Below are positions 50,209 through 64,000 of a DNA stretch of 64,000 nucleotides, piece by piece; the stretch's first letter is position 1; every line of letters begins with the position of its first letter. The position numbers and the translations under genes were made by a program. The stretch is taken from the NCBI GenBank assembly GCA_965644295.1, contig CBFFRP010000023.1:1-64000 (forward strand). The letters are read 5' to 3'. Origin of the DNA: Paraphysomonas bandaiensis (Eukaryota > Protista > Chrysophyceae). The notes beneath the pieces are model-generated. The model did not search any database, had not been told where the DNA came from, and saw only the letters and a program-made list of their open reading frames with translations.

Positions 50209-53201
50209 TTAAGTGGAACTCCTAATTTTCTCTCCAAGATTTCTGTTTCTCTGCTCCATATATGATAAACCGACCAATGACTTTGTATAAATATCTGCTG
50301 CTTGTTGCGATGTATGCACATGCACTAACTTAATCGAATTGAACTGATTGGGATCCACGTGCTCTCTCACTATGTAATACTTAATCTCAATGTGCTTCGA
50401 CTTCTTGTGAAACATTGGGTTTTCGGCCCTAACCACCCTCTGCGCAAGATCCTCTGTCATCTTCTTTATGTCAGCAATGTGAATAGGAGTTTTATCCTCC
50501 ACTTGAACCTGGTTACCAGTACAAGTATGATACTGTAAACTGTAGATGATTCACAGCAATATAGAGTGTTGTATGATTTCACGTTCTTTACACGTTTTAA
50601 CGTAATTTTAATTCAATTTATACTCGCGGTTTGCTTGTGTTAGGAGGCAGTTTCACCGGTTTGGTGTTCTGGACAGTGTATTCTCGGTTTGGGAAACACT
50701 TTAAATTCAGAAAACGTTGTAAACACGGTCTTTCTCATCAGAAAGATTACTCGATCTGATTTGCTGGATTTATTTATTAGGGTTTTCGATCGAGAATTAC
50801 TACGTTTGAGACCAACTGCTTTGAGTTCTATGTATTATTCAGTATACTTTTCGATGTCTGCAGCGTGAATGTAGTGTCACCGCTGTTGTCCACTAGACCA
50901 CGGTACGCTGCGATTAGACCTTTTCTGAGCTTTATTTGAGTCGTTACATATGTTAATCCATTGTCTGGGTCTACATAATATGCAAGACCTATGAGATATT
51001 TGAAACTTTCTACTGTCCTGGAGATCTCATTCTCAATGAAGATCTCATTTACCGCCTTAAAATATCTCTTATCCGCTGGTGGAACACATTCGTTGAAAAA
51101 TACATGTCCTGATATGTAGGACCATCCTCTCGATAGCCCATAAAATACCCAGTCCAGCTATGTCTGTCCCAGTTGTTCTTTCGGAGACTGGAGTCGATAT
51201 TGACAAAGCATTTACATCCCCATATATTCTGGCATAACTCAAGTCTGGCACCTCATTTTCAATAAATTGCAACGGAGACATAAATCCTTTTGCTGTCTGA
51301 CAGGATGGTAGCCTGCTGTTCTTCATGTGTGTGGACGTCTTCATAGCTTGTTCCCAGAAATTTGCTGGAAGGCCGGAATCCATCAAGCTGCTGAGTTCTC
51401 GTTCTTTAATAGTCCTCCATGGGCGTTCCTGGAATGGGTTATCCACGGGTATAAGGGGAGTTGAAAGTTCACGTGTGGCCCCTATGGATCTCAGATATTC
51501 TAGTACTCTTCTTCTTGATACCAGTTCCTTCCCGCCGTCCGCATGATGATAATGTTGTTGTAGCCTTTTGCCCTTATACTATATGTAGATAAGCAACAAC
51601 TTTCTGGATGGATTGGATGACAAAATCTTCATCTCTCGTTGGTCCGTATGAGTCCCACTGGTGCCTTGATGCTACATAGCAATCCCGAGTACGTAGTATC
51701 GGTTTCCGGTAACAATTGCATCGGGGGCATGCGACCCTGAGAAATCTGCTACTATGAGCTCCTCCAGCTCCTTCGCTCTTCTCATTCTTTTCAGCAACAT
51801 TTGGCGGGTGGCGTTCCTGTGTTTACGTCTATGGGATTTTATCGCACGTCCATCACATAAAAAGCCAGAGGTAGAGATGCAATACCGCTTGATACCGGTT
51901 ATTAGATGAGCTTTTATTGCCTTCTGTATGAGCCCTATATATGGAAGCATGGGCAAGTCTTTTATGAGTTAAGACTGCAGATGGTCCAAAGGCAGTTGAG
52001 GCAAGAGGTGAGATTCGTCAATGGGAGTACCGAGGTCTGATAGTGGAATTTCGTATATAGGCCTCCAACTCGCTGGCCTTTGCCTATCAGTATGCCATCT
52101 TTGATTATCTTGACGGACTGGTTTCTGAATGTAATCTCATATCCAAGGTCGTCCAGTTGGCTACTAATTAATAGAAACGAGTGTCCTAGAAGCTTGGTCC
52201 ACGTGCTTGCACTTATAGGGATAATACCGAGTATTCCATGACCTGAAGAGGTCATAGTCGATCCTGACTTTTAGCTGTTTGAATATATCAGTAAGGCATT
52301 CCACACAATTGGTGAGGTATCCGGCTTCAGGTGTGATATTGAGACTGTGCAACCAGAATCAAGAGATCCCATTCCGGCTTTTTGATCACAAACGAAGTGT
52401 GATTCATCGCTCTTATATTGAGTATAAACAACTCCTCCATAATCTCTTTCTTTCTGCTGTCCTGAAGAAGGGCCACTGTCTTCATAATCTGCTAATTGGT
52501 CAGATTCGTCATTTTCAGTTCTCTGATGAGTCTGGAATCTAACTTTTTTGAATTTCTTACTGGTTGATTTGTTTCCAGAGGAATTCTTCATTTGTTGGAT
52601 CCTTTCCAGGAGTGCTTGCATTTTGAAGCGATATGGCCTTTTCCTTCTCATCGGAAACACTTGATATCTTTATCAGCTCTCTTGTCATGTTTGGGTTTCT
52701 GAAAGATGTCCCCTTTTTGCGCTTGTAATTCGCTTTATTTTTGAAGCTGCAAGCTGAATACTGTCGGTTTTTGTTTCGTCGTTGCTTGGAGGTTGATTGG
52801 GGTTAGGGTTAGGGTTAGGGTTAGTATTCCATGATCGTTCTGTAGAGTATAAACGATCTTCGGCTTGCGATAGAACCACGCACGGCACTTCTTCTGCCAC
52901 CTGGAGAAGTTCTTCGCATCGAATTTCGGCATTGAGTCTTTCGCTTGTCGGTTGTCGGTTGTCGAATCCGAGTCGGTTGAATCGTAACTAGTAACTTTCA
53001 CTGACATCTCGCTACCTAATAAAGAATTGATCTTAGTAATAGTAAAACAATGTTGTGATTATTAGAGTGTATATAAGTAATGAACACAGTGAAGTGAGAA
53101 TAATGAATAACAATATAGAACATAACTATCATACACAACGGAATAGTTAGAAGTGTAACTGATAATGACGACGTTATGATGACGATCATGTATCTTCAAC
53201 A
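50209..53201 (-). mobile_element. Degenerate, internally deleted Ty1/copia LTR retrotransposon
   Basis: gag (PKFDAKNFSRW), protease (LDSGCT), integrase (DSGLPANFWEQA..RLP), RNase H end (HKKSKHIEIKY..ADIYTKSL); stops and frameshifts throughout; TGTTG...CAACA box at 53051-53201. Confidence 0.88.
52800..52824 (+). repeat. Interstitial (GGGTTA)4 telomere-type repeat
   Basis: Direct reading. Confidence 0.85.
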
Positions 53202-53672
53202 GATACTCTCTCTAATTCAGTTCATGATATATTCCATTGAACATTCTAACTCACAGATACAATTTTGTATTAAGCTGATTCCTAATAGTATTCCAACAAA
53301 TAATTGAAATTGAGACAGCAAGTAATTTTCTACAACCTGCGTCAATTAATTGATACGCAGCCCTGATTGATGTGGGACGCTATGTAGCAAGAGTATTACG
53401 ATATATTGTTCCCTAGCCCTGAAACTTTTTAAATAGTACACGATGTGGTCTTGTAGTGTGTATTGTGTATGATATATTATGACATACTGCATACTGCAGA
53501 GGAGCTTTAAACTTCAACATGAAGTTCCGTGACATATATTGCCTCGTTAATAAAACAAATAGCCGCGTATGCAGAATTCTTTAATAGTTTATTCGCCTCA
53601 TATATGTATTATTACAGCCAAAATAAAAGTACCCAATGGAATTAGGACAGCTCACACTTGGTGTTGATCCAG

Positions 53673-54952
53673 CTAGCCTACCGTTGCATTGCCCAAAGGG
53701 GCCTTACACACTCCATTTCCTATAGTAAGTACGGTTAAGACAAAATTCAATGTGAGATGTTTGGTACCAATTTTAAATACATGTGACGACCACATGGCGA
53801 CTCCATCTTCAGAGGTGCGCATCTATACCACCACCGCCAAAATCAGAAAATATATAGCACAGTAACAGGTAATTCTTACGTCAGGCAGAATTTTCTCTAG
53901 AATCTTTTTCTTAGCCACAGCCGACGGCGCAGCTGGTTCTCCGTCAAATCCATCGAATGTGACTCTGTCTCCAACTGCAGCATTCTCTGGGGGCTCAAGG
54001 AGCTTCACAACGGAATGGTCGACATTGCTTGCACACACAACCATTCCCTATAATAGAATTACAAAAACAAACCATTCAATACAATTAGTACCTGAGACTT
54101 AAAGCCAACCATTGTGCGGTCTTTGAGGTTCGCAAGCACAATAACTAGTCTACCTTCCATTTCCTCAGGCTTGTAGTGCGCCCGGAGGCCGGATGCAATC
54201 GAACGATGTCCAGTAGACTCGCCTAAGTCGATTTCTTCGCATAGCAACTTCTCAGCATCAGGATGCTCCCAGCAACGCACAATGCGCCCTACTCGAAAGT
54301 CAAGCTTTGAGGGGTCTAGTTCACTTGAAGCAGGATTCGAGGGTGCTGGTTTCTTCTCCTTGGGTTTAGCGGCCTTCTCAGCCTTCGGCTTGGTAGTCTC
54401 CCCACCCTTAGAATTTGCCGCGACAGAAGAATTATCTACCGTCTTATCCTTCTTGACAACTTTCTTACCATCGGCTACAGACTTTTGGGCTGCTTCAGGT
54501 AGTGTATGCTTTCCGAGTACGGGGAAAAGAGTTGGTGAGATCTGGCGGCCAACCACACCTGTACAACCAGTACAAAGACTGCTGATGTGTAAGACCCATC
54601 TGTAAACCTCGGGATAAGTAGGAATCTCCTTAATATGGACTTGTAAGCACTCAAACACCGCAACATCTGCTACGGAGAATGCGGTGTTAACAAGATACGA
54701 TCTTGTGCACAAGAAATGATTCAGAGTCTCCAGCACAGCTTGAATATTTTCCTTATTTTCAGATATACGTTTCGAGAGTGAGAGCCACTGTGAAACCTCC
54801 GCATCAGAGGTGCAGTTATCTATTAGCTGAGGACAACTCTTTCTAATCTCAGCTTTGAGCTGAGTGTGCGGCTGGTGGCCATCACTCTCTATCTTGCCAC
54901 ACTGAATAAGAGCTAGTATTCTATTTATTCTCTCCATATCAGAGTTTTGCAT
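53673..54952 (-). CDS. Arc1p/AIMP1-like aminoacyl-tRNA synthetase cofactor (GST-like plus tRNA-binding OB fold; multi-exon)
   Basis: LNHFL.TRSYLV..SVADV..RW; LDFRVGRI..HPDAEKL..EIDLGE..NLK..MVGFKSQGMV. Confidence 0.88.
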
Positions 54953-55427
54953 AATGTGTTTGCTAATATATGCCAGCAATGATCAGTGTCGGTGTCATAT
55001 ATATGTATGTATGTCTGTAGCCTTACGACATGTATGTATGTATGTATGTATGTATGTAGAGGTACACGTCGAAGATGGTATTGTGTGGCTGGACTATTCC
55101 TCACGATATGATTGGCTGCTTTCGTTTACTATAAAACTCTATGAAATATCTCCTTAACTTGATTAAAACCCCGCAATTATTGGGGTTTTAAGTTCGAAAT
55201 ATCGAGGTATTGCTAACTATAGCGCTTTTTTTACATATAGATCACCAGAAACGGCCCATGTATGTACAGTAGGTAGATGTATGCATGTATGTATCTGTAG
55301 TTTGTGTGTCGTTATCGTTACTGATGGTGGCACAGATCCACACCGAGCAGTTCCCTCGAAAAAGTAAGTTCTATTGACTATTAAATAAGAGTGATTATTC
55401 GACTCTTTGTGAGGGGATTATATTACA

Positions 55428-56029
55428 ATGGAGAGGATGGAGCCTAAAAGACAGCCGACATCTCCTATTCCCCTTATTCACACTAGAAATTATGCCAATC
55501 CATCTAAATCGGGGGGATATTACAAACAACCATCACTCGAACACCTTCCTGGGAGGTCATCAATACCGAACTCACTTTTGTTGATTGACTCCAAAGATAA
55601 ATATCACGTGAGGGAAGGGTTTGGTGCATCTGCACCACAAAAGAAGAAGCTAGAGCCACCAAAGCTCCTTGCGGCAAATGCCATGTTTGTCGAACCTTAT
55701 GTGGAGCCTCCTACTCCAGTAGAGGACGCTGAAACCCAAACAGAGCCACAAATCTTCTTTAAAAAGGAAATGGAATCAATGAACGATTATCAGGAGTGGA
55801 TTTCACAGAAGGTGGACCCTATCACAAAGGTACTGATGCCATATTATTCACTCTGATTAACTCTAACTCATTAACTTAGAAAATACGACTGGCATTGATT
55901 CAATCGAAACCGGAAGATATCCCGGAATTTTTGCAGGCATATATGATGTCACTTATTAATGATACAGCCCCTCCTTCGACAATCGATAGAGATGACTATC
56001 GGAGGGAACAGCGTAATGCCCATAAGTAG
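55428..56029 (+). CDS. Hypothetical protein with C-terminal Dpy-30/RIIa-like docking helix pair (2 coding exons)
   Basis: Spliced YQEWISQKVDPITK|KIRLALIQSKPEDIPEFLQAY. Confidence 0.6.
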
Positions 56030-56513
56030 AACTATATAGCATGTATGTACAGTGTTATCAGTTTAATGTGTGTGATAGTGTAATATAATAGAAGCAATAA
56101 GTTATAACCCAATCACCAGTTAAATTATGCCGTACGAATAATAGAACTGTATTATAACTGGACGTATTGTCACTTATCTGTATCAGGACTAGGGAACAAT
56201 ATGTTGTAAAATATATTGATTGGTCGAGTAGAAAACTTTTCCATCAATAGTGTTACTGTTAAGCTAGCTCACAATATATTGCAATCAATATATCATGGTG
56301 TATAGTAACTACGTAACTACTACACACCAAACCCTTGTTATTTCATATATATCAGTGCTAGGGAACAAAACATTGCAATACTATTGTTAGACAACGCCCC
56401 AAACTTAATATTATAATAAGTTTTAAACAAAATATAAAATGTGTATTTAATTACTGATTAATGATTCTAATATTATAAAAAGTATTATAATATTAAGTTT
56501 GGTGTTTGGAGTT

Positions 56514-57851
56514 TGGGGCCCTCAACAAAGTCGGACTCGTGGTGTCCTGGGGGTAAGTACCAGGTATTCATTTATGAAACTAAAGTGAGCCGCAAACGTA
56601 GACAGCAGATATTGTTTTACCTACGCAAAGCCGAATGCTTGTGTGGTACAAGGAATACCAACATAAGTGTCTCATGTATAGACGTCTTTGGGCCTTTACT
56701 TGAATCCTGAAATGCTTGACTTAAATTTTCCGTTTGTTACTACTAAGCTAAAACGTTCCAAATATAGTCGTTATTTTAAAATTACTACTAAATAGAATTA
56801 TTGCACACGTACTGAGCAAGTTTCTATATGTAGCTCAATGATTCCAGTGAGGTCCCTTATGTATATATTTAGAGAATCGTATAGAATATTTATATATTTA
56901 GTAGGAATATTTATCAGGCTTTGCAGCCATTTTAAATTTAATAAAAACGTTGACGAAATTTAGTATCAACTAATAGTACCTTTTAGTTTGGTAGAAGCGT
57001 CGATAAAGCTTAGTAAGGACTAGTATATATTATTTGTTGAACAAGCAGTATTAGCAGCTAACGTAGAGTTATACACGTACGTAGTTTAGTATCAAATAAT
57101 TGAAGCAGCAAAAGGTAATTATATTATGTATGTTGTGCGGGAGATCCCTTAATAATCAAGCGCAAACCCAATATCGCTTGTGAGGTATGTAAAATACATT
57201 TATATCTCTCTACATAACTTAATTATGTGCTCAGGGAACATTAATGTGAAGCACATGTTGATCTCCATCAAGAATCACAATGCAGCGAGGTCCCTCATCA
57301 ACTTGAACCCACCGATGTCATGGTCCTTTGGAAGCTATGGAATTGCACCGGACATGGTCACGAGAAACTGTCCAATTCTCATTGGAATGTAACGTTATAA
57401 TGTTATGTATTGCATGTATACAATATCTACATTTATCAATTGATGGCTAGAGTATGCTCCCATGTTTGAATGAAAATTTTTATTTTTGACTAGGTGAATA
57501 CCATAAAACCTAGTCATTATAAACTGAAAAAATGAATTATTAAATGACTAGGTTTTTCAACCGCTTGACTAGGTTTTACACCAATTTTGGTGTGACTAGG
57601 AAATTACACCAATTTGACTAGGTTTAATAATAGACCCCGCTTGGATTAATGAACGATTAAATTTTACGCAGCCCTAGTAATTTTATCTATTGATTTAAAG
57701 TTTAAAGTTTAAAGTGCCAAGTCAGGCAATGTATTGCACCTTGGTGCTAGCGGTGATGACAAGCAGCTTTCGTAGGGTTAATAAAAGTAAGTTATCAGAG
57801 TTCAGTACTAGTTAGTTAAACGCCTATTAAAGCATTAAAATAACAATAGAC
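56514..57851 (+). mobile_element. Repeat family copy 3, split (head 56514-56710, tail about 57730-57851) by nested insertions
   Basis: Head and tail match copies 1 and 2; the interval has TGACTAGG-rich TE pieces and a TACGCAGCCCT end. Confidence 0.6.
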
Positions 57852-58092
57852 AAGAGTATTGCAATATATGTTCCCGAACCCTGAAGCGAACTTATGACAT
57901 ATCCATGCTTGAAATATAACAGTATGTTTCTACAACATATTTGTAGTTAACAGTCCTTCAACCTTGATAAAATCAATCATCAAACAGTATTGCATTGTAT
58001 CGTTATCACATTATATTACATTTTCGATCTACATCAACTCCTGAGATACAGCACAACATGTGCCACATCCATCTATTCAAACTATCACACGA

Positions 58093-59790
<1,698 letters not shown>

Positions 59791-59836
59791 TTAAATATAC
59801 GAGGTTAGGCTCGTATGTACTGTATGTGGATGCATG

Positions 59837-59868
<32 letters not shown>

Positions 59869-60480
59869 TGTATGTATGTATGTATGTATGTATGTATGTA
59901 TGTATGTATGTATGTATGTATGTATGTATGTATGTATGTATGTATGTATGTATGTATGTATGTATGTATGTATGTATGTATGTATGTATGTATGTATGTA
60001 TGTATGTATTTATGTATGATTGTATGTATGTATGTATGTATGTATGTATGTATGTATGTATGTATGTATGTATGTATGTATGTATGTATGTATGCATGTA
60101 TGTATGTATGTATGTATGTATGTATGTATGTATGTATGTATGTATGTATGTATGTATGTATGTATGTATGTATGTATGTATGTATGTATGTATGTATGTA
60201 TGTATGTATGTATGTATGTATGTATGTATGTATGTATGTATGTATGTATGTATGCATGTATGTATGCATGTATGTATGCATGTATGTATGTATGTATGTA
60301 TGTATGTATGTATGTATGTATGTATGTATGTATGTATGTATGTATGTATGTATGTATGTATGTATGTATGTATGTATGTATGTATGTATGTATGTATGTA
60401 TGTATGCATGTATGTATGTATGTATGTATGTATGTATGTATGTATGTATGTATGTATGTATGTATGTATGTATGTATGTA
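59837..60480 (+). repeat. (TATG)n microsatellite, about 640 bp
   Basis: Direct reading. Confidence 0.99.
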
Positions 60481-60599
60481 CAGTATGTATAGGTAGGTAG
60501 GTACGTATGAGGCAGGCGTTTTTCTTTGCTTGTCCATGCAATTGTTGTGGAGGTTGTCGTGGATTTATTGACAACTGCTATCGACATACTCTGCTTGCC

Positions 60600-61554
60600 A
60601 TGGCTGCATTTCTTGAAAATGATGATGCAAGTGACATACCGCAGATGGTCCATGACGTCGGAGGTATGAGCTATTATGACCGACCTCAGATTGATTCATC
60701 TTCGACGTCAAACTTGACGGAACCATTAGTTCTTATTCATGGATGGTACTGCAATGCCTTCATTTGATGTGACTAACCTCTCATTCATTAGGCTTCACTC
60801 CTGGAAAGTTTGGTGTCCACTTTTGAAGGAGATGAAAACTCAACGCCGTATAATTGCCATAACTCTTCGTGGATGGGGCGATTCAGCCAAATCTGGGCCG
60901 TATACAATTGATTCATACTCGAATGATGTTGCATATATACTGAAGCAGCTAGGGATTACGCGTTGTGTAATAGCTGGTCATGGAATGGGGGCACTTGTGG
61001 CCACCGTGTATGCTGCTCGCAGTAGTGAGAATGTGTCGGGGCTGATCCTTTGCAGTGCTACATCCAAGATACCTCCACAGCATAGACCTAATCCTCCTGA
61101 AGGATTATCATTGCAATTATTAAACGACAAACTGTATGAATTATGTCCTAAAAGTTCTGATGAAATGTCAAACGATGTTAGAGATGTACTGTACTCAATC
61201 CAGTGCGATAGTCTGAAGCCGTTTATCGAAACTGACAGAATACCATCAGAATTAAGTAATATTACTGTGGAGGAGACTCATAAAGCGTCACCACATGCAG
61301 TGCGTGAGTGCTTCCATAGTATGCTATTACAGGACTATTCAATAAACTTCGAAAAGATAACATGCCCTGTGCTCGTCATATGGGGAACTGAAGACTGTTG
61401 GTTTGATGGCGAGCAACAAGATAAACTGAGGGGTGACCTTTGTAATGCAATATCTATTTCCTTTAAGGAGATTGTAGGGGGTTCACATGCTATAATTTGC
61501 ACCCACGCAAGTGAGTGTGCAGATCTCTTGGACGACTGGATAGATTGTGAGTAA
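60600..61554 (+). CDS. Alpha/beta-hydrolase fold protein lacking the nucleophile Ser (2 exons)
   Basis: LVLIHGW, LRGWGDS, GHGMG elbow, PVLVIWGTED, GGSH. Confidence 0.85.
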
Positions 61555-61826
61555 TAAAGTTTTAGTTGTGATTGTGCACGTCTTGGACAACTTCGAGTCA
61601 CCAAGTAGGACATGGTTATTGGAGTACAGTGGTTTATACTGCCTAGTGGAATATGTGTGACTATTTAAGCCTTTGTAGTCTTTATTTAATATATATGTTG
61701 ATATGCTATGATGAAAAAACTGATTCAACCTGCTGTATCAGTGTTTAAGATATGCACATGTTTCGCGTCATCTTTCTATGGCATACCAGTTTTTTTTTTG
61801 CGAAGTACATTTCGCTTACACACTTG

Positions 61827-61997
61827 TGTACTATAAGAATATTATTTCAAAATATTTATTCTCTGCCTTTGTTTTAAGCTTCCGCTTATGATATTAAGTT
61901 TTCAACTGCGTCTGTACTATAAGAATATTATTTCAAAATTTTTTTCTCTGCCTTTGTTTTAAGCTTCCGCTTATGATATTAAGTTTTCAACTGCGTC
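61827..61997 (+). repeat. About 86-bp tandem duplication
   Basis: TGTACTATAAGAATATTATTTCAAAAT...CAACTGCGTC occurs twice. Confidence 0.9.
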
Positions 61998-62423
61998 ACT
62001 ACTCGTTGAAAACGATATGACTTATGACACTTGGGCTGAAAGATGAAGACATTAAAGGTAACGACCTTATCAGATAAACTTACTGGTCGTTGCATGTGAT
62101 GACCTTACTTTGTTATGGACTACAAGCTACATTTTGAAATCTCTATGTGGGTGAGTGAACGTCGAGTTTTACTAAGTACTAAGTACTACATACGTACATA
62201 CATACATACTATCTGCTATCTGTGCCATCAGAGATATTCTCCTGTATCCTGCAAAGGCTATATTCGTTTCGAGTGACTGAACCCTAAAAAGACGGTCATC
62301 AAACATCACTACCAGCAGTGCTATATTATATATAATCAGATCACTATCACGCAGTATTATAGCTATGACAATTCGAGTGCATTACTCAATGCTATATTAT
62401 ATGAAATATATAGATTCAGATCA

Positions 62424-63317
62424 CTATCGCGCAGTATTATAGCTATGACAATTTGAGCACTCTATTCCTAGAAAGTGGAAAGTTCCATCCCCTTTGTGTC
62501 CACAATCGTAACATATATATTGCACAGGTATAACCTGCTCCATGGGCTGTGCAGCGATGCTCCGTCTGATATCTTCCCATACATGCTCCATATCTGCCAT
62601 GCTGCGCCGACATGACGGACATCGATATTCTCCTGCCCGGAGAGATTTGTTAAAACAAGGTGTATGGACGATATGGCGACAAGGAAGAGGTGTAGATGTA
62701 CTTTGCGCAGTGTGGATCTTTTCGTGACAAATTGGGCAGTCCTCCTCATCCATTGGCCGAAATACACACACGTGGTGCGAGCGCGATGACAACATAAAAC
62801 ATCCATTGCACGTAGAACAGTGAAAGTGCTCATCTCCTTTCCCGACTCGACAAAGCCCACAGTCATTGCAATGGAATATTTCTTTCACTGTCCATATATT
62901 ACATATCGCACAGAAACTGTTGCTGAACTCAACCTTGCACTGAATGCACGACCGAGCAGGTTCCTGATGCACGCCGCAATCATCACAAACAATTTCAGTT
63001 ATTTTAGGAGCAGCACAGGAAGTGCTTCTCTCCTTGTGACACCTGTGGCACTGGTCTCTGCGCTGACAACAGTCGAAGTAAAACTTAGAGCACTTTTTTT
63101 CATAATGCGGGCACTGATAGTCGCACTCTTTCTCTTGGGAGTCACCACTGGTACTAGAATCTACCGTATTCCCTGATAGTATTCTCTGAATGAGCTTCTG
63201 TTTCTCTTCAGGTGTTTTGGACGAATCGCGCATTATAGCACGGATTAATATACTCTTGTCCTGACCAGCTGCGCACTCTGATTCATTCAGAGGATCGCTG
63301 TTTCCAAAGAAATCCAT
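62424..63317 (-). CDS. RCHY1: CHY zinc finger / RING E3 ligase, Pirh2-like
   Basis: CPHYEKKC..CC..CHRCH, HCNDCGLCRVG, RING CPIC..C.H..H..C..CPSC, ICYDC..FHFLG.EC..C.SYNT. Confidence 0.9.
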   Translation of the reverse strand: MDFFGNSDPLNESECAAGQDKSILIRAIMRDSSKTPEEKQKLIQRILSGNTVDSSTSGDSQEKECDYQCPHYEKKCSKFYFDCCQRRDQCHRCHKERSTSCAAPKITEIVCDDCGVHQEPARSCIQCKVEFSNSFCAICNIWTVKEIFHCNDCGLCRVGKGDEHFHCSTCNGCFMLSSRSHHVCVFRPMDEEDCPICHEKIHTAQSTSTPLPCRHIVHTPCFNKSLRAGEYRCPSCRRSMADMEHVWEDIRRSIAAQPMEQVIPVQYICYDCGHKGDGTFHFLGIECSNCHSYNTAR

Positions 63318-63683
63318 AGTACGTTACAAAAGAAATCTAAACTACTTCGTTTGTTAAGGTGCTTACAATGACACATACACAGTACACTACGCTGCCCTGC
63401 CTCCAGCAGTACTGATACAATGTACACGGTATATCAGCCACTCGTGTACACTAAAATGTTCGATTTTATATTATTATGACTGATTTTTATGAGAATATAA
63501 GTTCTAAATATCTGATTTTCAGAGTGTAAAGTTCTACTTTTGCAACCAAATGTATGGTGAATTCCGCCATAAACATACTGCCTATAGGCAGGAAGTGTGG
63601 AGTAGATACATGCATGATACGCACAGTGCGTGTAGATCTACCTCGTCACTACCAGTACATAGTTATATCAAGTACTGAGAGCA

Positions 63684-64000
63684 ATGAAAGGGTGTTTTGT
63701 CGGCTCAGGTTCAGAGGGTTTACAACAACCTGAAGTGTGTTCGACACTGATTGATTTGACCGGAAAGGACCCGAAGGATGTGGTGGTGCTGTATATAGGC
63801 ACAGCTACATACGATCTCACTGGACCCAAGAAAAACCAAACAGTTCGATTCATAGAAGGTTAGAGGATAGTTTATATGACATGAATAATATGATCGGTTT
63901 ACTTGACAGCTGGCTGTACTGTGGTGGAGATAAAGTGTGCGCATAAGGGAGACACCACCTCATATGCTGACATGGAAAACAACTGCCGAATGGCAGATAT
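63684..64000 (+). CDS. Peptidase S51 (dipeptidase E/cyanophycinase)-like protein, 3'-incomplete
   Basis: Manual translation MKGCFVGSGSEGL..VLYIGTATYD..RFIE|AGC..ADI with a GT-AG intron. Confidence 0.65.

Noticed and set aside
53008-53020. Primer-binding site candidate AGGTAGCGAG
   Set aside because: Lacks TGG, is about 30 bp from the CAACA box, and the tRNA cannot be assigned by eye.

Overview
Eukaryotic nuclear DNA from a flagellated stramenopile, probably chrysophyte-like (inferred from short GT-AG introns, a tubular mastigoneme Ocm1/SIG1-type gene and beta-tubulin). Bases 1 to about 2895 are a very AT-rich, intronless block that looks like the right end of an endogenous Polinton-like virus or virophage-type element. 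It carries a repeat-containing fibre-like ORF running off the window, a small ORF and a NUMOD4-HNH-AP2 endonuclease. It also has shared promoter motifs, hairpin clusters and a candidate ...AGTACT terminus. The rest is host DNA with about 24 genes, including SMYD, crotonase, TUBB, GFA, FIG4, ZFAND2B-like, DHX35, ALG5, DHX29-like, ICT1, DOT1-like, PSMD9, mastigoneme protein, Arc1p-like, katanin p60 and Pirh2. Long (TATG)n arrays sit at 5' or divergent promoter intervals, while TE debris sits mostly at gene 3' ends. The TE debris includes a deleted Ty1/copia, several MITE families and a roughly 450-500 bp structured non-coding repeat family whose 5' end resembles a decayed HDV-like (R2-type) ribozyme. 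Everything was read by eye; no searches or folding programs were run.
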